Origin: Octopus bimaculoides
Lineage: Eukaryota
Assembly: GCF_001194135.2 (NCBI RefSeq)
Contig: NC_068990.1
Span: 16,471,103-16,535,102, forward strand
DNA length: 64,000 nt
Reading direction: 5' to 3'
A program made the translations under genes and the position numbers. Under the pieces are notes generated by a model. It was given only the letters and a program-made list of their open reading frames with translations, was not told the origin of the DNA and searched no databases. Below, in pieces: positions 11,858-23,085 of this stretch. Numbering within the stretch: the stretch's first letter is position 1; each line of letters starts with the position of its first letter.

Positions 11858-12296
11858 GGATCTTTCTGATTTGGCGGACACCATTTGTTTTCTAATGAAA
11901 CACTTTCAAACTTGGGACACTGGTAGAATGTGTCATATAAAACATCTTTTACTCTTAGTGTTGTTGAGAAAATTTTAGATTTTTAAAGTTATTTTGTGTT
12001 AAAGTTGTCGTATTTTGGTAATTTCAACCAATCACTGACGTCTATTGAGGTGAAGACAATTACTGCTGTGGTTTGTCAACAACATATTGTGGCAGTGTAA
12101 TGAGATCTTTTCCCTTGAATAAAATTAATGCCGTTGTTTGTCAACAACAACTATCGGTGGTACTGTGATTTATGACATCGTTCGTGCATTTTTACTGGTT
12201 TTAGCTTTGGGGTTTTAGGGTTAGGGTTAGGGTTTTAGGGTTAGGGTTCTGGTTTTAGGGTTAGGGTTTGGGTTTTAGAGTTAGGGTTAGGGTTAT
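11858..12296. mobile_element. One-armed copy of the MULE-like MITE, ending in a degenerate TTAGGG array
   Basis: Begins GGATCT; ~11890-12040 matches the left arm of the 14230 element; 12210-12296 is a TTAGGG/TTTTAGGG array; no right arm seen. Confidence 0.75.
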
Positions 12297-12789
12297 GAGT
12301 ATTTTTGCCAAATTTGGTGAAAAATCTGTGGTTATATAAGATATAAAAAATGCTGTTCTGAATTAATATGAGGTTCTAAAGAAGACCTGTCCACAAAACT
12401 GAGTGCTTGAAGAGTTGTGTCCCACCCATATGTAGCAACACACTTTTCACCCACCCTACCTTCAGAAAGCAAACTATATCTCCTCTTCTAAACAGCATCT
12501 TTCTCTTCCTCACATTTGCTCTTCATAAATTATTATTGTTTCCCAATCCCCTTTCTTGCCCTCACTGGCCTGCTCACTGTATTGCTGCCACCTGCCATAC
12601 CTAAAATTTCTACCCTGATTTATGCTCAGATCTTTGTTACTTGAGAGTATACCCTAGCCCTACACCATCTCTCTTCTGCTCTCTCTTACACTTTTGCTGT
12701 CTCCTACTCTCTTTCCCTTTCACTTGGTTACTCTCTCTTGCTTTCCCTGTGACTAGGTAACCAAATGTCTCCTTTACATCAGCACACTT

Positions 12790-13300
12790 TCTTCTGGCCT
12801 CTTGTATCTCCTCTCTCTCTTCCCTGTCTCCTCTCTCTCTCTTCCCTGTCTCCTCTCTCTCTCTTCCCTGTCTCCTCTCTCTCTCTTCCCTGTCTCCTCT
12901 CTCTCTTCCCTGTCTCCTCTCTCTCTCTTCCCTGTCTCCTCTCTCTCTCTTCCCTGTCTCCTCTCTCTCTCTTCCCTGTCTCCTCNNNNNNNNNNNNNNN
13001 NNNNNNNNNNNNNNNNNNNNNNNNNNNNNNNNNNNNNNNNNNNNNNNNNNNNNNNNNNNNNNNNNNNNNNNNNNNNNNNNNNNNNNNNNNNNNNNNNNNN
13101 NNNNNNNNNNNNNNNNNNNNNNNNNNNNNNNNNNNNNNNNNNNNNNNNNNNNNNNNNNNNNNNNNNNNNNNNNNNNTCTCTCTCTCTCTCTCTTCCCTAT
13201 CTCCTCTCTCTCTCTCTTCCCTATCTCCTCTCTCTCTTCCCTATCTCCTCTCTCTCTTCCCTATCTCCTCTCTCTCTTCCCTATCTCCTCTCTCTCCTCT
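12790..13300. repeat. Pyrimidine-rich minisatellite (CT)n-TCCCT(G/A)TCTC, with N gap
   Basis: Tandem 20-24 bp units read directly. Confidence 0.9.
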
Positions 13301-13309
13301 GAATACAAT

Positions 13310-13592
13310 AATCCCTCTTCCTCGGAACTTTCTAGGAAGTAATTCATCCCCTCCTCCCCTTCCTTAGAACTTTCCAAGAAGTAATTCATCCCCCTCCTCC
13401 CCTTCCACCGAACTTATTCATCCCCTTCTTCGGAACTTTCCATGAATTAATTTATCCCCTTCCTCAAAACTTTCTAGGAAGTAAATCATCCCCTTCCTCG
13501 GAACTTTCCAGGAAGTAATTCATCCCCCTCCTCTCCTTCCTCGGAACTTTCCCGAAAGTAATTCATCCACCTCCTCCCCTTCCTCGGGGAAG
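13310..13592. repeat. Minisatellite of ~5-6 units of TTCCTCGGAACTTTCTAGGAAGTAATTCATCCCC(CTCCTCCCC)
   Basis: Tandem imperfect units read directly. Confidence 0.85.
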
Positions 13593-14058
13593 TTGACCCT
13601 GGTGGAATTTGAATTCGGAAATTGATGAATCAGAAGAAATACCACTAGGCATTTATTTTGATGCTCTAATGATTCTGCCTGCTCACCACCTTAAATAAAA
13701 ATAGTAATAGTTTCAAATTTTGGCACAAGGCCAGCAATTTTAGGGAAGGTGGGTAAATTAATTACATCAACCTCAGTGCTCAACTATTATTTTATCAACT
13801 CCAAAAGGTGAAAGGTAAAGTTAATCTATGCAAGCTTTGAACTCAGAATGTAAAGAACTAAAAGAAATGCTAGTAATCATTTTGTTCAATGCTCTAACAA
13901 TTCTGCCAGCTCAATGCCTTAAATATTGATGATGATATTATTTCTATTTCAGAATTATTTTATCTGTTCAGTCTGAACAGTTACCATATTCCAAACACCA
14001 AAAAGAATAACAGGGATGGAGTGCCACTAGCCTTATTGTTTATCTCTTCAGCTTTACT

Positions 14059-14164
14059 ATGCCTCTTTCACATTTTAACTTCAAATACTCAACATGGCGT
14101 GGAATTTCCGTTATTTTAGGCGGTATAATTGTACATTTGGCTCTGGGAAGCAGCTATATTATCG
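14059..14164 (+). CDS. OFA/OxlT-like MFS transporter, coding exon 1 (MPLSHFNFKYSTWRGISVILGGIIVHLALGSSYII)
   Basis: ATG at 14059; acceptor TCTCTTCAG ending 14051; donor GTAAGT at 14165 (phase 1); TM1 with GGxxxHLxLG motif. Confidence 0.85.
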
Positions 14165-14229
14165 GTAAGTGTTACATTATTTTTCCTTAGGTTTGTTCTA
14201 TTCCAGTTGACCTATGATCAAAAAGGTCT

Positions 14230-14795
14230 GATCTTTTTTAAAACGGGGGCCACATTTTTCATTAACGAAACACTTTGAAACTTGGAACACTGGTAGAATG
14301 TGTCATATAAAACATCTTTTTCTCTTAGTCTTCTTTAAAAAAAAAGAAATCCATAAGTTATTCCATGTTAAAGTTGTCGTATTTCTGTAATTTCAACCAA
14401 TCACTGACGTCCATTCAGCCGATATACATTAAGTGCCGACTACATAAACAAACGATTCTGAAACAATTAACCCTAACCCTAACCCTAACCCTAGGGTTAG
14501 GGTTAAAGCAAATTTAAAATGAAAAAAGCAAATAAAACGAAGGTATGGAGATTAAATACGCTTTACATCGCTTAATCAGCCAAAGGAGTAAATGTAAACA
14601 ACTGAATACTTGTCAGTGATTGGTTGAAATTATCGAAATAAGACAATTTTTTACATGAAATAAATTCGAATACAAAAATATTTTTCTGTTCTATAACACA
14701 AAATAGATAAGTATACGAAGTTTGAAAGTTTTCCGTACCAAAAACACTACGTAAAACATTAATGAAAAATGTGGCCCCCGTTTTAAAATAGATCC
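14230..14795. mobile_element. MULE-like fold-back MITE with a central telomeric-repeat palindrome
   Basis: 36-bp terminal IR with 1 mismatch (14230-14265 vs 14759-14794), longer imperfect arms, 9-bp TSD AAAAGGTCT (14221-14229, 14796-14804); TTAA(CCCTAA)3CCCTAGGGTTAGGGTTAA at 14467-14506. Confidence 0.85.
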
Positions 14796-16865
14796 AAAAG
14801 GTCTTCTAAACAGGGTTTTTTTCTACTATTCCATGTTATTTTCAGACATAGTATATCCAGGACTATATTAATGTAGCATTTCTTGAAGATGCTTGGATAT
14901 AATTTAATAGATTTAGCTTTCATTTATGGCTGATCATGTAACCATGTAGAAGCTTCCTCATTGGTTCAAAACAATATTGATTTTGCAGTCTTGTGTCAGC
15001 TCTGATTGTGCAGAATGTTGTTATTTCTCTTTTGCAGTGTAGGCATAGCCAAATAGTTAACAAGCTTTGTACTTATGAAGTCTTGAACTCTGTCTCACTG
15101 TGTAATGCTTTGGGAAAATGTTTTCCGCCACAGTCTCAATTTGACCCTGGCCCTTATGATGGAAATTATGAGACAGTCTGTGTGAAACTTAGTCAGATGG
15201 ACTGTTCTTGTAATTCAAAATTGTTCTTTCTTGGACACTAATTTCAAAATTAATAATATAGAGTAATGCCTCACTTTACAAGGACCCACTTTACTAGACT
15301 CTGGGTTTAGGAGTTTAGTTTTATAATGAAAATAAAAAAAATTAAATAGCCATTTTGTGGAGTAAGACAACAGCATAAAATTTCTTTGTCTTAGTTTGCA
15401 TGTGCACTTAGTCGAGAGAAATTATCATAAGCTAATTCTTCATGCCACATATTTTATATGGTGTGGTTGAAGGGTAATTGACTGGAAGGGAGAAAGAGAG
15501 ATGTTGCAAGAGGATCGGTAGTGAACAAGATGACATCACATCGGTGAGTGACACTTTTTTTACTGTGTCTGTAGAAGAGGCAAGTCGTGTTGCTATCAGT
15601 AATGTGAAGGGATCCAAGCTAGCAAGAGATTTTAAAACCCACCCAATATATCTAAACAAAAGTGTATAACAGACACTGAAAGGATAAAAGGTAAATTTGA
15701 CCTTGGTGGGAATTGAAATCAAAATGTAAAGAACCAGAGGAAAAGCACTTACTCTGCTGTGCTAATAATTCTGTCAATCTATCACTTTAAATGTTGTTAT
15801 TGTTTAACTACTGGTCAACCATGAACAAGTAGACCCATTATTAATGGAATTCCAGCTATGACCATCTTGTCTCTTTCCAGGTAGTATGTACCTTTAGATT
15901 ACATTATCCAATGATTTCATTTTTTCTTTGTTTTAGCTAGTGTTGATGAGGGGGTAATTTAAGAAAGATTTGGTTCTTATTTCTAGAAGTTCAAACCACC
16001 ATGTTGGGGCTCTCTTATTGGCCTCTATTATAAACATTACTGTTTCGATTGCAGGAAAAGGTAAGCAAAATACCTCACTGTATTTTATTGGCCATTTATG
16101 TTGATGAAATCCCACCTTTCATCGTTTTGGGAATCGATAAACACTTATTCCTTTCTCAAAAAAATTTCTTGCCTTCTTTCTATGTGAGAAATCAACCTTT
16201 ACTGCTTTGTGAGAGGAATGATTAGGAGTATCAATGTCTTCCCATCACCAATTTTTTAGACAGTGGGATCGGTCAGTATTTTTGAGGGAAGGATTAGTCA
16301 ATACCATTGACCTCAGTGCTTAAGTGATGCTTCATATTATTCTGAAAGGAGAGAGGCAAAGTTGATCCCAGCAGAATTTGACCTCAGAACAACATAAAAT
16401 GCTAGAAGAAATATTGCTAAGTATTATTTTTGGTGGTCTTATGATTTTTACCAATCCACTGCCCTTAATGGTTTCGGATTTAATTTCAAGACCAGCAGTT
16501 TTGAAAAGAGAGCTTAGTTAATCCTACTTTAGTCTATTGACCCCAAAAGGAAGAAAGACAAAGTTGACCTATGTGGGATGAGAGTTCAGGCTGTAAAAAA
16601 CCAGAAGAAATACTACAAAGTATTTCTTCTAATGCTCTATTGATTTTGGTATAAGGCCATCCATTTTCAAAAGGGATAGTTGATGCCATCGACTCTAATA
16701 TTTGACTAGTATTTTATTTTATTGACTCCAGAAGAGTAAAATGCAATGTTGACCTTGTTGGAATTTGAATTCAGAATGTAAAGGTTTTCTTTTTCTTTTT
16801 AACAATAACAATAATATTATTGATGCGCATGGTGTCTTACTAAAGTCTTTTTTCTGCAATTTTAG

Positions 16866-17055
16866 GAAATTTTTCCACCTATTTCATTTCATATATGCGT
16901 ATGCGTAAAATCTCCCCGGACATTCAGTATACTGATACCATCTGGATTGTGTCAGTTGGCACTATTACTACTGGGTTCACAATGTTTTTGTCTGGGATCT
17001 TGGAGAAGCGACTTGGTTCCAGAATTACCATACTATTAGCAGGTTGGCTCATGAG
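16866..17055 (+). CDS. MFS transporter exon 2 (GNFSTYFISYMR...SGILEKRLGSRITILLAGWLM)
   Basis: TTTAG acceptor, GTAAT donor, phase 1 to 2; MFS motif-A-like GxxEKRLGxR. Confidence 0.9.
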
Positions 17056-17816
17056 GTAATATCTTAATTTATATCACTTTTTTTCTTTGAAATAATGAAA
17101 GTGATTTTCAGAAGAAATTACCAACAAAAACCATGATTAAAAGAAATAAGGGCATCTGCTTCAACATACTCTCATCTGACCCACGCAAGTATGAAAATGT
17201 AGATGTGGAAACAGGAAACAAAGCTGATGATGGTTCAATTGTGAATTTGAAATATGAACTATTTTGTTACGATATTTATGTTAAACTACACTAACTTTCC
17301 TTCAGCTAATTTTGAAAATAAAGAGTTTAATAAAATAACTTTACTATTAGTAAACTGGTATTTAGAACATAAATTAACATAAAATTTCAATGGAAGGTTT
17401 AATTTAGATCTCTTGAAAAGTTTGTACAATAGAACTAAGTGAACTAAGTGCAGTCTAGGGTGAGGCAGTGTCAAAAAAAGGGTTAAATATCATCATCGTC
17501 ATATAATGTCTGTGCTCCATGCTAGCATGGGTGGGACAGTATGTATATATTTGTATAGGCAATTAAGTAAGTATATTCCTATATGTATATGTATATATAT
17601 TGGTATATGAATACTAATATATGTATGTTAAGATAAACATATGTATGTGATTGTTTTATGCTGATATTTTTGTGTATGAGGATATGTGTAGGTAAGTAGG
17701 TATGTATATATATATGTGTGTGTATGTATGTAGTTGGTTGTATAGGTGTGTGTGTATATATATGTGTATGTATGTATATAGATGACTGTATATATGAGGG
17801 TGTGCATGTAGATATG

Positions 17817-17865
<49 letters not shown>

Positions 17866-18829
17866 TATATATGCATGGGTATGTATTTGGTTATGGACTC
17901 TGGTATGTAACGCTATTTTTAACCAGGGTTTGGATTGATTGATTGAATGGTCAATTAGTTATTTAGTTAATTGATTGATTGGCTGATTGATTGGTGGACT
18001 GATGGATTGGTTAATTAGTCGTTAGATTAAGACGTTATTGAGGATACTCAAATCTAGGGTTACCTCCCTTCACTCTTATTTGGAAAATAAAAATGTCTCG
18101 AATATAAATATAACAGAAGTAATTAGATATATAAATAGACGAATCGCTAATTTTATAACTACCTTAGGAGTTTATTAGTTAAGTGACTCAACTATATAGG
18201 GAATCCTGCTGTCAGACATAATAAATTTTAAATATAATTTGAGGCAATTTGTCGAGTGCAATAGCTTTCGATCGTAATTTTACCGATAATAACTACAATT
18301 TGAAAATATGTAGGTATAACTTATATATGAAGGAGTGGTCCAGATGGAGTATATGTAATCTGAACCTTTACCCCCCCCCCTTTTTTTTTTTTTTTACGGA
18401 ATCCCACGTTTTAGGCTATGGAGATTCAGATTCTGAAAAAAAAAATTTCGAAAATCTCAAATTCAAAATTTCGATTTGGCTGTTATTTCTAGCATGTAAA
18501 TAGACTGCTTGGGGGTGGGGGGATTGAAATTTTTCAAACAATTTTTTTTCAGAATCATAANNNNNNNNNNNNNNNNNNNNNNNNNNNNNNNNNNNNNNNN
18601 NNNNNNNNNNNNNNNNNNNNNNNNNNNNNNNNNNNNNNNNNNNNNNNNNNNNNNNNNNNNNNNNNNNNNNNNNNNNNNNNNNNNNNNNNNNCTGCATGTG
18701 CGACCCTACAGAATTAAAGAGACATATACAACATTTTATTCACCGCATGCAGTTCTCAGGTTACAGCCATAAAGAAAGGATCAGAGTATACAAAGGAGCC
18801 ATGAGGAAATTTGAAACTATCATACATAA

Positions 18830-19490
18830 CCTTCAGGTAGATGGCCCTGCTCAATCAGTAGAAAAGGTGTAGGTAGAAACTCTATAAGATGTACCCAGTG
18901 CAAGCTATGGACACATAAGAGGTGCAGCAATATCAAAGGACGGCTAACTAGCAAGATAGTTTTTGTATGTGGCAGATGCTCAGGAGCAATAAACACTGAG
19001 AATGGGCAGAAAACAACCTTTACCACACTCCAGGGTGAAAAACTAGAAGTAGTTGATAGCTTCTGCTACCTAGGTGACCAAGTTTGTAGCCGGGGAGGGT
19101 GCACTGAAAATGTAGCTGCTGGAATAAGAATAGCCTGGGCAAAGTTTAGAGAGTTCTTACCTCTGCTGGTGACAAAGGGCCTCTCCACTCAGAGTAAAAG
19201 GCAGACTGTATGACGCATGTGTACGAACAGCCATGCTACATGGCAGTGAAACATGGGCCGTGACTGCTGAGGATATGCGTAAGCTTGCAAGAAACGAAGC
19301 CAGTATGCTCCAATTGATGTGTAATATAGGTGTGCATACTCGACAGAGTGTAAGTGCCTTGAGAGAAAAATTAGACATAAGAGGCATCAGTTGTGGTGTG
19401 CAAGAGAGACGATTGCGCTGGTATGGACATGTGGCAAGAATGGATGAGGATAGCTGTGTGAAAAAGTGCCACACCTTACTCTTTCAAACA
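18830..19490 (+). mobile_element. RTE LINE fragment with a PHD-like Cys/His finger preceding the YLG motif
   Basis: Open frame from 18830: PSGRWPCSISRKGVGRNSIRCTQCKLWTHKRCSNIKGRLTSKIVFVCGRCSG...LEVVDSFCYLGDQV; after a frameshift MLHGSETW...RRLRWYGHVARM. Confidence 0.85.
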
Positions 19491-20013
19491 ATATTTCCTG
19501 GAACATTGTAAACATATGACAGTGACATACATTTACCACAAGCATTCAATGTCAAGAGAAGGAGACATGAACACACACACAAACAACAACTGACTTCTGT
19601 CAGTGTCTATCTACCAAATCCACTAACAAGGCTTTAGTTGGCTAAAAGTTATAGAATACACTAATCGAAGACACCATGTAGTGGAACCCAAAACCATGCG
19701 GTTGAGTAGTGAACCTCTTAGTCACACAGCCATGCCTGCTTTATTTCTTTAATTTTTACAATTACTTTTCATTGATTTTTGTTTTTGTTCATTCAGTTTC
19801 TTTTCTGTTCTCTATCGTTACCTTTTTATTTTTATTTCTGTTCTTTGTGTTTTCTTTTTTCACCTCTTCTTTCTTTGCCTCCTTGTTCATGCCCTCCTCA
19901 TCTGTCTCTCCCACTTTCTACTCCTTGTCTGCCTCTCTCTTTCTCCCTCTCTTCTCTCCCTTATATTACAGTGCTATTGTAACAAAGTTATCATATATGC
20001 CATTCTATTTCAG

Positions 20014-20140
20014 TGGTGGCTTGGCTCTGACGTATTTGAGCATCAAGAAGTCCTTCCTGATGCTGCTATTTTCTTATGGATTTCTCTATGGAATCGGTAA
20101 TTCTATAGCTTATCCTGTCAGCATCAACTGTGTCATGAAG
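20014..20140 (+). CDS. MFS transporter exon 3 (GGLALTYLSIKKSFLMLLFSYGFLYGIGNSIAYPVSINCVMK)
   Basis: TTTCAG acceptor, GTAAGA donor, phase 2 to 0; TM4 YGxxxGxG motif. Confidence 0.92.
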
Positions 20141-20599
20141 GTAAGACATCTATTTGTGGAAAATTTTTCATTTCCTTAAGTTTTACTTAAATTCATTTTC
20201 TTTTTCTATAGTTTACATTCATAAAATCTTTTTTTTTTTTGATCATGACATACTGTTTCATCATAAATTCCTTCTAGGAAGAAGTAAAATGCTACAGGGT
20301 AAATACAACATTGGGCTACTAGGTACATGAGTAGATATAGTGTTGGACTTTTGAGTGAGGTAAGATTTAGTATTGGGCTACTGGTTATGTGGATAAGCAT
20401 AGTATTGGACTGCTGAGTGTATTGATATATATACTATAGTCTATTGATTGTGTGGGTAAATATTGTATTGGGTTACTGGATATGTGGATAAGCATAGTAT
20501 TGGGTGATTGGTTATGAGTTGATTGGTATTGAGCTTTTGGGTGAGTGGGTAAATATAGCATTGGGCTGCTGGGTGTGTGGGTAAATTCAGTCTTCTCTA

Positions 20600-21162
20600 G
20601 CTTTCTTTTCTTTCTCTCCTTTTCTCTCTCTCCCCTACTTCTCTCTACTTTTCTCTCTCTTTCTCATCCTCTCCCATTTTTGCTCTTCCATCTCTGGACC
20701 CTATCTGTCTCCTCTCCCTCTTTCTGTCCCCTATCTGCCCCACTTTTCCCAACAAATGAATATAAGTAATTTTAATTCTTCTTTCTCTTTCCCCTCTACA
20801 CTATCTCTTCTCACTCTCTCCCTTCCACCCCCGTCTCTCTCTCCCTTCCCCTGTCTCTCTCCCTTCTGACCCCATCTCTCCTTCCGCTCCCCAGTCTCTC
20901 CCTTCCACTCCCCATCTCTCTCCCTTCCTCCCTTACTGTCTTTCTCCCTTCTGCCCCCCCCCGTCTCTCTTCCTTCTCCCCCCCGTCTTTCACCCTTCTG
21001 CCCCCATCTCNNNNNNNNNNNNNNNNNNNNNNNNNNNNNNNNNNNNNNNNNNNNNNNNNNNNNNNNNNNNNNNNNNNNNNNNNNNNNNNNNNNNNNNNNN
21101 NNNNNNNNNNNNNNNNNNNNNNNNNNNNNNNNNNNNNNNNNNNNNNNNNNNNNNNNNNNNNN

Positions 21163-21224
<62 letters not shown>

Positions 21225-21245
21225 ATACTCTCTCTATCTGTCTCT
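20600..21245. repeat. Pyrimidine-rich low-complexity / (CT)n tract with N gap
   Basis: Read directly. Confidence 0.85.
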
Positions 21246-21314
21246 CCCACTATCTATTTCTTCAGATACATTGTAAATAATTTTAATTCCTGTACCTTTC
21301 TCTCATTATTCTAG

Positions 21315-21454
21315 TGGTTCCCCAAAAAAGAGGGCACTGTTGCTGGAATCGTACTGACAGGTTATGGAGTAGCTTCATTTATCTGGAATCCTTTTATTAC
21401 CCTTTACATCAATCCTGAAAACGAAATCCCTGACTTCCATATTGATGGAGAAGA
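21315..21454 (+). CDS. MFS transporter exon 4 (WFPKKEGTVAGIVLTGYGVASFIWNPFITLYINPENEIPDFHIDGE)
   Basis: CTAG acceptor, GTAAAT donor, phase 0 to 2; WFPxxxGxxxG motif. Confidence 0.92.
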
Positions 21455-22764
21455 GTAAATATATTTATACTATGTATCTAATATATAAATCATAAGTTAT
21501 CAATAATATTAATACGCTTAGTTTTTTGTGTTTTTGTACATACCTGTGGTGTGTGTCACACTTCAAAGGAAGAGGTAAAAAGGTTGAAGGGAGAAGTACA
21601 AAGAAAAAGAGAAATAAAAGATGTTAAGCAGAGGAGATATACTTGGAGTGGCAAAGCGGGAGAGAGGGGAGGGACAGAAGCAGAGGAGGTATAGTTGAAG
21701 TGAGAGGCAAAGTAGAAAAGATGAAGTAAGAGGGAGTGAGAGAGATAGGGGAGATTGATAGCACTGAGTGGTAAGAGAAATATAACATTAAACGCAGGAG
21801 GACAGTTAGACAAGGAGACATAGAGGAGGGGAGGGAGGGTTAAAGAGAGAGATAGATTGAGTGAAGGAAGGGAGTAGATAGAGAATAATAGTAAAAGAGA
21901 ATAGAACCATTCTCATACAGAAAACACCAGAAAATTTTTCATTTTCAATGATTATGATAAAGCTGTTGAAAATATGGAAATTGCAAAAAGAAATGTTGCC
22001 TATCTATCTGTCTGCCTCTCTCTCCCTCTGTTTGTCTGTCTCTCTCTCTCAGCAAATAGCTGTGGATGTTACTGTTATTTTTCTACAGTTGAAGGGAGGG
22101 GTAAAATGTTTATCAGTATTTTCAGAGTAGACTGATGCATACATTGAAAGAAAAGTAGATACATACACACATTGTTAAATTAAAAGCAGGAGAGAGGAGG
22201 TACACAGAGGAAGTGAGAGAGACAGTAGATACATAGAAACAGATACATTGATACATAGACATAGATACATTGATGCATAGATACATAGACAATCAAAGAC
22301 AAATAACTACAGCAAATATTGGATGTTACTTTCATTTTTCATTATCACACGAGGATAAATTTAACTCACAAGTGGCTGAATACTCTACAGATATGCATAC
22401 CATTAACGTAGTTCTCAGAGAGATTCAGTCTCAGAATATGAAAAGACTAGCCCCTTTCAATTACAGCTACAACTCATTTTGGCCAGCTGAGTGGACTGGA
22501 GCAAGATAAACCTCCAAGCAGTTGGAAGAAAATGAAAAAAAGATCCTCTATAGGGGCAGGAAAATCTTTTTAGCCATTATGGTCTCTATGGGTGTTAATC
22601 CAGTCCTAACAGTGGTATTTGTGGGTCTCCCAGATCTGGAGGTCAAGCGCATGCTGTAGTTATCAAACTGAGCAAGAGTCCAGGGCGAAGTCACTACATG
22701 ACAGAATAGCAAATATTTTGTCTTAATGAAAAATTTCCTTTTCTTTCACTCTTTTTAAAAAATG

Positions 22765-23085
22765 GCACTCCATCACTTACAATGATGAGATTCCTGTTTA
22801 CTTGATCAACGGAACAGTCTGCTCATAAAATTAACGCACAAGTGGCTGAGCACTCCACAGACATGCATACCATAACGTAGTTCTCAAGGAGATTCAGCTT
22901 CACACAGAATGTGACAAGGCTGGCTCCTTTGAATTACAGCTACAGCTCATTTTTGTCAGCTGAGTGGACTGCAGCAAGATTACAGTACCTTGCTCAAGAA
23001 TACAGCATCCTGCCAGGAATCGTACTCATGACTTTATGATCATGGGCCGAATACCCCTAACCACTTAGCCACGCACCTTTACTCT
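22765..23085 (-). mobile_element. SINE, same family as 10243-10565
   Basis: Colinear similarity by eye (GGAACAGTCTGCTC...AATTAACG...GTGGCTGAGCACTCCACAGAC). Confidence 0.7.

Noticed and set aside
13310-13592. CRISPR-like or heat-shock-element reading of the repeat array
   Set aside because: No unique spacers and a eukaryotic context. GAAnnTTC is present, but the next GAA is one base out of HSE register.
14467-14506. Relic chromosome end-to-end fusion site
   Set aside because: Polarity is (CCCTAA)n-(TTAGGG)n, the reverse of a fusion junction, and it sits inside a TSD-flanked MITE.
17224-17252. Hammerhead-like CTGATGA...GAAA
   Set aside because: No proper stem II closure and no stems I/III.
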